A stretch of DNA of 64,000 bases from the human T2T-CHM13v2.0 reference genome, Homo sapiens, in the NCBI RefSeq assembly GCF_009914755.1, contig NC_060925.1. One strand, 5' to 3'. The notes beneath the pieces are model-generated. The model saw nothing but the letters and a program-made list of their open reading frames with translations. It made no database searches and was not told the DNA's origin. The number at the start of each line of letters is the position of its first letter. Position 1 is the stretch's first letter. Of this stretch, positions 15,586 through 28,986 are shown piece by piece. A program made the position numbers and the translations under genes.

Positions 15586-16197
15586 AAGTTCCACATGCTG
15601 CAAAGGACAAGATCAGATCTACTTTTACACTAGTTACTGGAGTTGGGGACAAGCCTTCATTTGCTAATGCTGGCCATCCATCAGAATCTCCTGAGAAGTG
15701 CTTCAAAGGAGTATGGATTCCTGGGTTTGACTCTGGAACAAATGAATCAGTATTCTCATCTTACATGTGAAGACAGTGGGACTCTGAAAGATTAAGTCAC
15801 CTGATCGTACAACTAGTCAATGGGTAACCAACATGATTCAAACCGATACTATGATTTTAACAGTAAAAACGTGAGGTTTTTTAACTACCTCCATGATCTG
15901 GGGGAAGGGTATACTGCAGTTCCCTGAACTACTCTTTCAACTTCTCTGTAAGTCTGAAATTATTTTCAAATAGAAAGTTAAAAACAAAAACTAAAAAGAA
16001 TAGACAGCAGGCTGAGACGTGTTAAGAGGTAGAGGTGGGATAGGAAATGGAAAAGGATGAGGCAGAGGCCTCTGAAAGGAGGGCAGAGGCAGAGCTCCAT
16101 CTCCACACAGAGGAGGTCGGCTGGTTTTCAGTTTTGTTTTGTTGTGGGGGAAGAGGAGGTACCAGTCAATAGCAAGCTGAGGAGTTTAAAAAAAGAA

Positions 16198-16297
16198 GGA
16201 AGGAAGGAAGGAAGGAAGGGAGGGAGGGAGGGAGGAAGGAAGGAAGGAAGGAAGGAAGGAAGGAAGGAAGGAAGGAAGGAAGGAAGGAAGGAAGGAA
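16198..16297. repeat. (GGAA)5(GGGA)4(GGAA)16 microsatellite
   Basis: Counted directly. Confidence 0.97.
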
Positions 16298-16757
16298 GTC
16301 CACATATCTGTAAGGTGGGCAATAAAGGAACGATCTTTCTGTATTTCTCTACATTACAAATTCAAACTAGCATTTACGAACTTGCCAAAAAAAAACCTGT
16401 TTATGTTTATAGAGAAATGCATTCTGAAGTCCAAACAACTGACCACACAACAATTTCTAAACCCTTCCACTACTACATAAAACACCTGCTTCTGTGCTAA
16501 ACTTTTGTAAGGCACAGTTTCTGCTTCAAGAAAATCTGTGATGCTTGGAATTGAGGTTTATCTTACTGAAGAAAAATCTGAAGAAAAGTGTTTGCCACCC
16601 ATACAGCTGATAATTTTTTGTAATCCTAATGGATCAGTGGGAAATTGTACCACGAAATCTCTTGTCAGTCAATATAACAATGTCTCTAACTAATTTCAGT
16701 AAAGTGAAATCTACAGTTATTCCCTTGAAAAACAGGACAAATCAACTCTTTCCCAAC

Positions 16758-17053
16758 TTTTTTCTTTTTTTTCCCGCAAGACGGAGTCTCGCTCTGTCGC
16801 CCAGGTTGGGGTGCGATGGCATGATCTCACTGCAACCTCCACCTCCCTGATTCAAGCAATTCTCCTGCTTCAGCCTCCCAAGTAGCTGGGACTACAGGCA
16901 CATGCCACCATGCCCTGCTAATTTTTTGTATTTTTAGTAGAGATGAGGTTTCATCGTGTTATCCAGTATGGTCTCAATCTCCTGACCTTGTGATCCACCT
17001 GCCTCAGCCTCCCAAAGTGCTGGGATTACAGATGTGAGCCACTGAGCCTGGCC
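16758..17053 (-). mobile_element. Alu
   Basis: Reverse-complement Alu; TSD TTCCCAACTT. Confidence 0.94.
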
Positions 17054-17082
17054 TTCCCAACTTACTTTAAGAGGTAACTAAA

Positions 17083-17386
17083 GGACGGGTGCGGTGGCTC
17101 ACCCCTGTAATCCCAGGGTGATTGGATTGGGAGGCTGAGGCGGGTGGATCACCTGAGGTCAGGACTTCGAGACCACCCTGGCCAATGTGGTAAAACCCCA
17201 TCTCTACAAAAAATACAAAAATTAGCCAGGTGTGGTGGCACGTGACTGTAATCTCAGCTACTTGGGAAGCTGAGGCAGGAGAATCACCTGAATCCGGGAG
17301 GCAGGTGATCATGCCAAAATCATGCCATTGCACTCCATCCTGGGCAACAGAGCAAGACCCCATCTCCAAAAAAAAAAAAAAAAAAA
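17083..17386 (+). mobile_element. Alu
   Basis: Dimeric Alu with small indels, A tail. Confidence 0.93.
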
Positions 17387-17451
17387 CCCCTAAAAAAAGT
17401 GATAATAGATTATCTCCATTACTGGCAGCAGAAAACAAATTTAAGTGTTAA

Positions 17452-17733
<282 letters not shown>

Positions 17734-18697
17734 CAATACCAAAGTTTTACATTACATAGGTGAAGCTAGTATCCAACTATTTTCCACCAATTACCATGTA
17801 ATATGGTTGAAATTACACGACCTTTCAAACTTCCAGATACAGGTGACAAAGAACATTTTTAATATAATTTCTATTTTCAAGATTTAAAAATTCTATCTAC
17901 TTTTAATGTCTACCTAGCTGTCACCTCAAAAAATTCAAGACAGATTCTAAATTTTAAAAATTTTCCAATTTATGTTCCAGGAAATTTAAGTGAAAGGGAG
18001 GAAAGCTATAACTAAAATTTACTAATGGCTAGTAGTACTAATATACATACTTTAAAAAAAAATTACCAAGGAATAAATATTTAGGATGCTCCAGAGAAAA
18101 ATTATATCTGTAAGCAGTTTCAATCTCCTCATTTTATGAATGTTTTGGTTACTTCAGCTATTAAGTTTTAATCAAGCTAAAAAATAGGCCTTTTTCCTTC
18201 CATCTTAAGAATGTCAATGGGATGAGGAGGGAAAAGCCAAAAGGTGGGAGGAATAGAGTAACAAACTTTTAATCAGCTAGCATGATTTAAAGGACACACA
18301 CTTCTGTCCTTTAACACAGCATGTTTCTTGAAAATAGGTTACTAGTTCCTAAAAAAGAACACAAAAGCTATTTACAGGCTGAAAATCTAAGATTTTCTAT
18401 TCTCAAATTTTCATTTAGAGAATACATTTTGGGACAAGAGGGAAAAACTACATTCATTTTAAGGGGATAGGAAAAGTACCTGATACGATCTAATCGTAAA
18501 ACATGAGATCAAAGATAAGAACTGAAAATGCAACTTCCAGGCACCAGGCATAATAATTTATATAGACTCTAAAAAAGGATTAACTTTAAGTGTATTACTT
18601 CAACTTCACTCCAGTCCTTAGAAACATTTAATATCCTTGGGAAAGAGTACCATCTCTTCTTCCATTGAAGGCCTTGATATTTATAGAAGATATTGCC

Positions 18698-18997
18698 GGC
18701 CAGACGCAGTGGCTCACAATTGTAACCCTAACCCTTTCAGAGACTGAGGCAGGTGAATTCTTTGAGCCCAAGAGTTCGAGACCAGCCTGGGCAATGTGGC
18801 AAAGCCCCGTCTCTAAAAAAATTTAAAAATTAGCTGGGTATGGTGGCAGGCGCCTGTATTCCCGGCTACTCAGGAGGCTGAGGTAGGAGGATCATCTGCG
18901 ACTGGGAGGTTGAGGCTGCAGTGAGCCATTATCAGGCCACTGCACTCCAGCCTGGGTGACACAGGGAGATACCCTGTCTCCAAAAAAAAAAAAAAAA
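18698..18997 (+). mobile_element. Alu
   Basis: Dimeric Alu; TSD AAGATATT. Confidence 0.93.
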
Positions 18998-19118
18998 GAT
19001 ATTCCCATCAAAAAATACTACGATATCCTAAAAACAAAGTTAGAATAAGTAAAACCACAAGCTTACTTCCATGGCCTGAAATGTCTTTGGCAATTCTATT
19101 GCTAAAAATAAAGCCTAG

Positions 19119-19800
<682 letters not shown>

Positions 19801-19837
19801 GTTCAGATATTTTTTCAATCAACTAGTACGGAACAAG

Positions 19838-20131
19838 GGCTGTGCCAAGTGGCTTTGTAATCTTAGCACTTTGGGGTACTGACACAGGAGGATCCCTTGA
19901 GTCCAGGAGTTCAAGACCAGCCTGGGCAACATAGGGAGACCCTGTCTCTACAAAAATTTAAAAAATTTTTAAATTTTAGGTAGCATACACCTATAGTCCT
20001 AGCTACATGAGAAGCTGAGAAAGGAGAATCACCTGAGCCCAGGAGGTTGGGGCTGCAGTGAGCCAGAATGGTGCCACTACACCCCTGCCTGGGTGACAGA
20101 GTGAGACCCTGTCTGTAAAATCAACAAAAAA
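19838..20131 (+). mobile_element. Alu (AluJ-like)
   Basis: Diverged dimeric Alu. Confidence 0.88.
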
Positions 20132-20415
20132 ACCCCAAAACATGAAACACCCCAAGAAAGGCAGGGCTGAAAGTCCTAACAGTGCCTGTAAGTAATAAAG
20201 AGCAATGCACTATCCCTGAAAGAACAAGAAGCTCAATAAAACTTGCAAAGGATCATTAAATCTAATATATGCCTATGGAAACAAAAAGGCATTTAAATCG
20301 TAGGCAGTTATAAAAGCATAGGTTTATTGATATTTGTGATCTAAAAATGCGGCTTGATGCCCCTTTTGGAAAAAAGATGATGAATATGATGAAAAGACAG
20401 TCTTAAGAATAAATT

Positions 20416-20846
20416 GACTGGGCACAGTGGCTCACGCCTGTAATCCCAACACTTTGGGAACCCAAGGCGGGAAGATCACTTGAGGTCAGTTTGAGACCAG
20501 CCTGGCCAACATGGTGAAACCCTGTCTCTACTAAAAATACAAAAATTAGGCCAGGCATGGTGGCTCATTCCTGTAATCCCAGCACTTTGGGAGGCCGAGG
20601 CAGGAGATCACCTGAGGTCAGGAGTTCAAGATCAGCCTGGCCAACATGGTGAAACCCTATCTCTACTAAAAATACAAAAATTAGCCAGGTGTGGTGGCAC
20701 ACGCCTGTAATCTCAGCTACTCGGGAGGCTGAGGCAAGAGAACTGCTTGAACCCGGGAGGCGGAGGCTGCAGTGAGTTGAGACTGCACCACTGCTCTCCA
20801 GCCTGGGCAAAAGAGCAAGACCCTGTCTCCCAAAAAAAAAAAAAAA
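20416..20846 (+). mobile_element. Alu with left-left-right arm arrangement
   Basis: Left arm to ~20548, then a complete Alu; flanks GAATAAATT(G/A)ACT. Confidence 0.92.
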
Positions 20847-21469
20847 GGAATAAATTAACTGACAATTAGCTTTTATGGGGACAACTGCTCCAGGTGAAAG
20901 GAACAGAGCTGAAAGCAGGCCCAGCCGGGTTCTCTGATGCCAGTAGCAGTCAGCCTTGGCATTATAGGTCAGCTGGGTGCTTTCAGAACTTTCTTAATTT
21001 GTTACATTATAAGTCGACAGCTAGTAATCATCTTTCATTTAGGGTAGCTGGATTAATCCCAACATTTGTATTAGCAATTCTTCTGAAAATCCAGCCATCT
21101 TAATATCTTTCACTAAAATCAAATATAAAAAGCAATCTCTCATGATCTTTATCGATGGTTATTTTTGGCATACTTAATGGGGAGTATGCCAAAGCAGGGA
21201 AGCCACAGTAAATAATGAAAAAGCAATATAGCCTCTCTAAACTTCTGCACCACTAAAAAAGCAACCAGATTGGAGTTCTTTCTAAGCAACAAGTAGGTAA
21301 CAAACGTAATACAATCAGCATTTCCAAAAGAGCATTTTATAATAAATTTTCTTTTTTAATTCTTAAATGGTACTATGGTATCAAGCATGGAAAGCACTAA
21401 TGTTAGAAGTGATACTTACTAATGGTAAGTGCCTTACTTCAGCAAAAATAACTCTATTAACACCGGTTT

Positions 21470-21682
21470 GACTGAGTTCAATCGAGCCTCCCACCTCAGC
21501 CTCCTGAGTAGCTGCAACTGCAGACACATGCCACCACACCCAGATAATTTTTCATTTTTTCGCAGAGATGGGATTTCACCATGTTGTCCAGGCCAGTCTT
21601 GAACTCCTGAGCTCAAGTGACCGAACCGCCCCAGCCTCCCAAACTGCTGGGGATTACAGGCGTGAGCCATCATGCCCGGGCT
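21470..21682 (-). mobile_element. Partial Alu
   Basis: Reverse-complement Alu lacking 3' end and tail. Confidence 0.88.
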
Positions 21683-21920
21683 GATTTGAGGTTTTAAATG
21701 ACAAACAGCAGAACCTTCGCTGTTTTTAATCTTAACTTTTAAATTATTTTCAACACCTCAGCAATCTACTGATTAGCATCCATAGTCAAAAAGTAAAGAT
21801 CCTCTTTCCAGAAAAATGTACATATATAGAAGATTTTGCCAGCAGTTTCAGGATGTTCACAGACCCTCTAAAACTTTCAAGAGACTTTATGGATTTCAGA
21901 TTAAGAATGACGAGAATTTG

Positions 21921-22228
21921 GGCCGGGCACAGTGGCTCACGCCTGTAATCCCAGCACTTTGGGAGGCCGAGGCGGGCAGATCACAAGGTCAGCAGTTCGA
22001 GACCAGCCTGGCCAACATGGTGAAACCCTATCTCTACTAAAAATACAAAACTTAGCCAGGCATGGTGGTGGACGCCTGTAATCCCAGCTACTCCAGAGGC
22101 TGAGGCAGGAGAATCGCTTGAACCCGGGAGGCAGAGGTGCAATGAGCCAAGACCGCACCATTGCACTCCAGACGTTGCTCTGGGCGACAGAGCAAGACTC
22201 CATCTCAAAAAACAAATAAATAAAAAAA
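21921..22228 (+). mobile_element. Alu (AluSg-like)
   Basis: Dimeric Alu; TSD AAGAATGAC(G/C)AGAATTTG. Confidence 0.95.
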
Positions 22229-22264
22229 GAATGACCAGAATTTGTATAATTCAAGTCTTACAGG

Positions 22265-22445
22265 ATAATAGACAATGCTTATTGTATGCTTGCTATATGC
22301 TAAGTATGGTGCTAAGAAATTTAATGAATTATTTTATTTAATTTTTGCAACAACCCTTTGTCATAGATAGTATTATTATTATACCCATACTACAAGTGAG
22401 AAAACTAAGAGTTAGAAAGGTTAATTAACATATCCTATGTTACCA
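22265..22445 (-). mobile_element. MIR
   Basis: tattattatacccatactacaagtgagaaaactaagagttagaaaggttaa MIR core. Confidence 0.7.
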
Positions 22446-22526
22446 AGAAACATGTCAAAAGAAAAAAAGTTCCCTAATGGAAAATGCAAAACAAAAATAA
22501 TGATTTAAAAAAAAAAAAACCATACA

Positions 22527-23148
<622 letters not shown>

Positions 23149-24649
23149 TCAAATAAAACAGTTCAAACCACCCCTACAATACTGTCCTACTATGTGTGTT
23201 AACCACTCAAAAGAGGTCAAACACACAAAAAGACATGGCTAAAAGAATTAAAATGCTAACTAACTAATATCCTCACTAGTCCTTGATCTTCTAGTGAGGA
23301 AGAGGATGGGTGCAGCCAACATGAGTCCTCTCCTGCAGAGCCACACCCTTGACAATGGAGATAAATGTGCACGTATGTCCCCTTGAAAGGTTGCACCTTT
23401 CCTGCTTTGGCTAGAGCCTCTGTCATGGTGCCACGTGGTTTCTATGTAAATCAGCTGGCGGGTAGAATCATTTCTGACCAGTTTAGGGAGGTTCTGGGCA
23501 ATGTTATCTTTGCCTTCCTACCTCCCTCACTACTCCCTCCCCACCACTGAACACAGTACTTTTTACTAGAAAACATCCAAGCTAACAGATTCTCAGTACA
23601 AGTAAAAATGTTGCCTCTCCAGCAGATAGAAAAATGAACAGATAAGTTAAAACTTACAAAATTAAATCTGATGTTTATTCCATCATTAGTGTAGAAACAC
23701 AGATCACATATACCTGAATATGCAAAGAAAGTTAAATTATGATGCAATCAATGCTATCCTATAAAAACTAAATTAACAAAAATAGTCTATTAGGGAAGAC
23801 ATCTGGTGTATCATGGCAAGAAATGTTAATGATATTGTCTGCAACCCTGTAATCAATTTTTTCTCCCAGCAGCTCTCTCATTACACTGTATTAGATCTGT
23901 GTGCCTTGCAGGATTTATGAGAACTCCACATATGGGGAAGCTTTGCCAACTGGATCTGATTCAGATCCAGCTCAAATGACTTTGGCAGCACAAAGCATCA
24001 TTAAAGAACAATCAATACAGTTAGCTTTATGTAGCATCATCTTGACTGAAAGAAGATTTATCCTTTCACTACAGAATCTCTTACACCTACATATAATGTA
24101 CCCAAGTGCTCCACCAGTCATGAACTTATTTAAATCATCAGTAGACACAAATATTTTTATTGCTAAAAAATAAATACTAATCATTAATTCTAATATAAAA
24201 AGTTTACAAAAAAATTAATGTTATTATGGGGAAGACTTAAAATCCATTCAGCAATTCCTGTTGAGTATTACAGTAAATAAAAGTATTAATAATAGCATCC
24301 ACATTGATTAAGAAAATATCAGCCTGAAAGTAAAACCTACTTTTTAGATATATGTGGAAATAAGACATATCGGTAAATAAGACATATTGGTAATTGCTAA
24401 AGGCTGAAGCTTTAGAAGTAGGTAGTCACATTGGGAATCTACTAATTTGTCCCGTAAGATGTCAGTCTTTCTCTGGGAATTAAAATTAGACTTTTATCTA
24501 TACTACACTGGGTTCTGTCTTCCACTGTAAGACAGAGAATTCCAAGGTTTCCATAATGTGAAACCCCCATCCCTTTTTTTGGTATGACCCTTGAGTAATT
24601 ACATCAGCAAATATGTAAACGTGTTATGCTGTTGCAACAATTACTCCTG

Positions 24650-25250
24650 ATTTGGTTACAATTATCAATATATCATCTCTACTGTCTTGGTCCTCTTCAT
24701 CTTACCCATGAATGGCGGCCCTAGCCTTCTACTTGGAATTTTCACCATCTTTCCCCGTTCCACACTGCAAACTGCTACAGTCAATCTTCTTAAGCAGTGG
24801 CCTGCAAGATGGCTTGCCTAGAGTAAAAAAGCTTACACAGGCTCTCTACTGCCTATTACACAAAATCTTAACTTTGCTAACTTTGAAGATCCTCTATAAT
24901 CTAGCCCCATTTATATCTCCACATCTGCCTCCCAAAATCCACTAACCTGTGCTCTTCAGTGACGTCCTGCGGGTCATCTTCTCACAACTCCCAGACTCGT
25001 CAGCCTCACTGCCTGCGTTGCTTATAAGGACAGGCTGCCATGTACACCTGGAAGGCTCCTACACTCTGCCTATCCACTTCTTATTGATGTATGAAAAACA
25101 TACCCAGCTCCTCAAAACCTACCCACCCTCACAGAACTTCCCCAAGTGCCACAGCCCATCTGGAGCACTTTCTTTTCTACGACCCAAGATATTAATATTC
25201 TACACTGCAGCTGAACAACTCACCATATATTGACAGTATCTTGCATTGTG
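24650..25250 (+). mobile_element. L2 relic
   Basis: Pyrimidine-rich L2-like motifs (ccacactg...aatcttcttaa; ctctataatctagcccc). Confidence 0.5.
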
Positions 25251-25874
25251 TGTGTCTAAGTGTGAGAGAGCTTGCTATCCTCTTGTATTATTTGCTAATT
25301 CAGTATGAACTGGGGCACCACAGTCACTTCTTTACACTGACGTCAATGTAACTGCAACTACACTTCTTTCATATTAACCCACTAGTCATTCAGAATAATA
25401 AATACTCGACTTTCAGAAAACACTACCATTAAATCCTCCATTAAGTCCTACCATTACAGGAAAAAAAAGGAAGACAAGTGTGAACTTTCCTAAAAAAAGG
25501 GAGATGTACTAAACGATAATAACCCCTATGATCACCCACATGGGTCCCTGTGTTTTAAGGGATAAAGCACTACAGATACTTCATCCTGCTGCCTCTTACA
25601 CATCCCTCAGGACCACCACTAGTAACAGAGGAATAACCAAGGGATAGCCGTTAAGAAGTATAGCTACAGCCCGACCCAAGCCTCTTGAAGGGCATATTCT
25701 GCATCTAGCACTGGAGAAAAGCCTCGCTATTTCTGAGCAATACCCTACAAAATGTCACCCGAGAGGACAACACCCAAAATAGTTTAGATTGGTGGGCCAT
25801 GAGTCCCAATGAGCCTGGGGAAACGCACATTCCACACTTGAGCTCAAACTTACCCCCTTTTTTCCCCATTTCAG

Positions 25875-26020
25875 TTGCCAACATCCATACTCGCTGCTGA
25901 TTGCCAGCTCCTGCTCCTTGCAGCAGCCCAGCATGCTCTCTGCTGGTGCCAAAATACCCTTCCACCAAACCCCGCTAACTTCTGGAACTGTCCTAGAGGG
26001 GTAAGGCAAGTCCCGTATTT
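25875..26020 (+). repeat. Diverged inverted copy of the 126-nt RERE exon plus its donor region (inverted-repeat arm)
   Basis: Hand alignment 79/127 identities with two 1-nt gaps; 17-nt exact core CCCAGCATGCTCTCTGC; GTAAGGcaagTCCCGTaTTT vs GTAAGGagaaTCCCGTtTTT. Confidence 0.85.
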
Positions 26021-26172
26021 TGCTTCCTCTGTGCATGTACTTGTTACTCCTTTAAAAACACATATAATACAGCACATTTTAAAAGGGGCTCTGGGGAGGG
26101 AGGTAATATTCCTATTTTATACCCTATGGGATATAAAATACTGATAGCTTTTAAAAACGGGATTCTCCTTAC

Positions 26173-26298
26173 CCCTACAGGCCCTCTCCCGGCTTCAGAA
26201 AGATGCTGTGGTGGCTGTGATGCCACCGGCAGAGAGCATGCTGGGGGGTCACACAAAGCAGGAGTTGGAGATCTGCAACAGGCCTGGGAGTTGTGGAC
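26173..26298 (-). CDS. RERE: RERE coding exon, 126 nt, phase 0-0: [42 protein letters not shown]
   Basis: ttttcttttttag|GTCCACAAC...CCTGTAGGG|gtaagg; follows QDFKL in the RERE protein as I recall it. Confidence 0.95.
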
Positions 26299-28672
26299 CT
26301 AAAAAAGAAAACAGTTTTAAGTTAACGTGCCCAACGCCCCATCATGCCCTGGTTATTAGGGGCACGCAGCACACAAGTCGGTATCTGCAAAAACTCTTTA
26401 GCAGATGACCTCTGAAACCTCAGATAATTTGTTCTACCACTAAAGTTAACCTTTTTGCATTAATCAAAGCTGTTACCTTATTTCAGTGTGAACAAACGTA
26501 TGACCCTTCTGGCTCCACACTTTAATCCAGGTCCTATCATAAAGCAGTATGGTGTGTGCCCCTCAAAATAACCAAGTTAAGATGTGAGATAGTGCCAAAG
26601 CACAGTTAACAGCAACATGCTATGCTTATAATAAAAACAGAAATGCAATGGTGTCAGATACAACCGTAAAATGAATCACAAGTGGACAAACTGAGCTTTC
26701 AGAAGAGTTTCTAATGACAGAAGCTAGAGACATAAGACATGTACTTAATAAGGAAATAGGGCATTTGGGTGGCCAAAGAAAGGCCCTGCCATTTTCTCAA
26801 AGTTCAAGTTTAACTGTATAAAGCTGAAGGCAAAGTAAATAGACAAAGGCCCCAAAACAGAGGGAAAAAGACAATATTCACATGAGTTATAATTTTCTCC
26901 AAACGCCCACAAGGTGAGTATAATGAATAGGCACAGAGCATAAAGTTCCAGAAAGACATTACTTATTTTTATAGGCAAAACTAGTTTAGTATGTATCACG
27001 TGTCTTTTTAAAATTAACTTTGAAAACATTTAAAAACCAGGAAAAAAAAGACTATAGAGCAACTTCTGAAAGCTAGCACAGTATACCTCAGATAACAGTT
27101 TGAGTATGTTCCTTTTCAAATATTTTAGACAGCACATAACATTTTTAAACCAATTTCATGTGGTTTTGAATGAACTAAAAAAAATCCATAAAATCCCAAT
27201 ACTTATATAAGAACCTGTCTTACGGTTGTCTAAAAATTACAGATGAACAACCTTTTAATATTAGATCATTATTAGGGTGTCCTGTTACACATAATTCCCT
27301 TTGAAAAGCAAAGAGCAATTAACAACTTTCTGTAAACAAAGATTTTAATATATTTCATTATCTATTTTTGTAAGTCTCTTAAGCTCCCTACACATAGACA
27401 CACACACACACACACAAAACAAAACAAATACCAGGAAAATAAGCTAATGTTCAGAATGTTTTATCATGATCATTTTCTTTTCTTTTTCTAAAGATGACCA
27501 TCTAGAGTACATCCTGGGATCTACACTAAAATTTCTGTGCAGTCAGTCTCTGATTCTCATGGCCTCAGTGATAGTATAGCTGACAGAGTGTCAGTAGCCA
27601 CAACCTTCTCACCACACACCTTCTCCCCACCATCACCAACACTGCAAACTCCAAATTAAAGATTCAATTGTGCACTTGAATGTACAGCATATTCAATATT
27701 TTTTGCCAGAAGCATCAAAATAAAAATGGACTTCTGGATAATCTCTTCCACTAGGAATATGACTGCCCAAACCACTCAAATCCTTACATTCAAATTAAGG
27801 GTTTTAAATCAAAAACACCTGGTAAAGCATTTCCAGACACTTTGGCATTATTTTAAACATGCAAATAGTTCAAGTAATTATTAAAACATTTTATATATTT
27901 TAAAGAGGCATTTTTTCAAAACAAGTCATTGTTCTCACATACGAAATGAGAAAACTTTGACAGTATCTGTTTCCCTAATTTTTTTTTAGTACTTCTAACA
28001 GGTTTTTCTTGGACTATTGAGTTGGTTCTTAATGCAAGCATCCATATATACATACAAATTACAAATTTCCAATTGAAAAGAATTAAGTTTGAACAAGACT
28101 TTACCAATATTCTTGCACAGTAGATGGCTGCAAATATCAGATTGTCTCAACCTTTCTTAAGCTCCTTTAAAATTAGAATACCTAGAGTTTTCTGCATTGA
28201 AAAAAATTTCACATATAGATAACAATTTTAGTAAATAACATTTTCAGAAATATATTTTATGGAAATATATATAATTAAACAAAACTTTTTCAATAGTTTC
28301 TTAGAGTCCCTTGACCCAAGTAAATTAGAAGAAAATGAATTACCCAACCTCACAGTAGTAGTTAAACACTAAAACTTAAAATCCCAAGTGCCCAACCCTG
28401 ACTGGCAGCCACGAGTGAAGACAAATTGCTGGCAAGCTCAGAAAATGGGGCCAGCAAAATGCTGGGATTATTTATTCCCAAGGCCTCATTTTGATTTCCA
28501 CTTATGTTAATACCACTCTGTCCACTAGAGGTTGACATCAGTATCATGCAAAAAGGATGTGGTCGTTCAAAAAACTTTCAACACCATTACTCCATAATTG
28601 TGGCGGGAGGGGAGTATAGATATACAACCTCCTCTGACTCAGTACACCAAACTCAGGGCTAAAGAATTCCAT

Positions 28673-28955
28673 CTTGCTTGATGCGGTGGTTCATGCCTGT
28701 AATCCCAACACTTTGGGAGGCCGAGGCGGGCGGATCACAAGGTCAGGAGTTCAAGACCAGCCTGGCCAATGTAGTGAAACCCCGTCTCTACTAAGAATAC
28801 AAAAACATAGCCGGGGGTGGTGGCAGGTGTCTGTAATTCCAGCTACTTGGGAGGCTGAGGCAGGAGAATCGCTTGAACCCAGAGGCGGAGGCTGGAAAGA
28901 GCTGAGATCGTGCCATTGCACTCCAGCCTGGGTGACAAGAGTGAAACTCTGTCTC

Positions 28956-28984
<29 letters not shown>
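28673..28984 (+). mobile_element. Alu (AluS-like)
   Basis: Dimeric Alu, long A tail; TSD AAAGAATTCCATC. Confidence 0.95.

Positions 28985-28986
<2 letters not shown>

Noticed and set aside
16057-16500. Longest ORF (147 aa, KEGR repeats)
   Set aside because: Open only because of the GGAA microsatellite; it is not the RERE Arg-Glu repeat.
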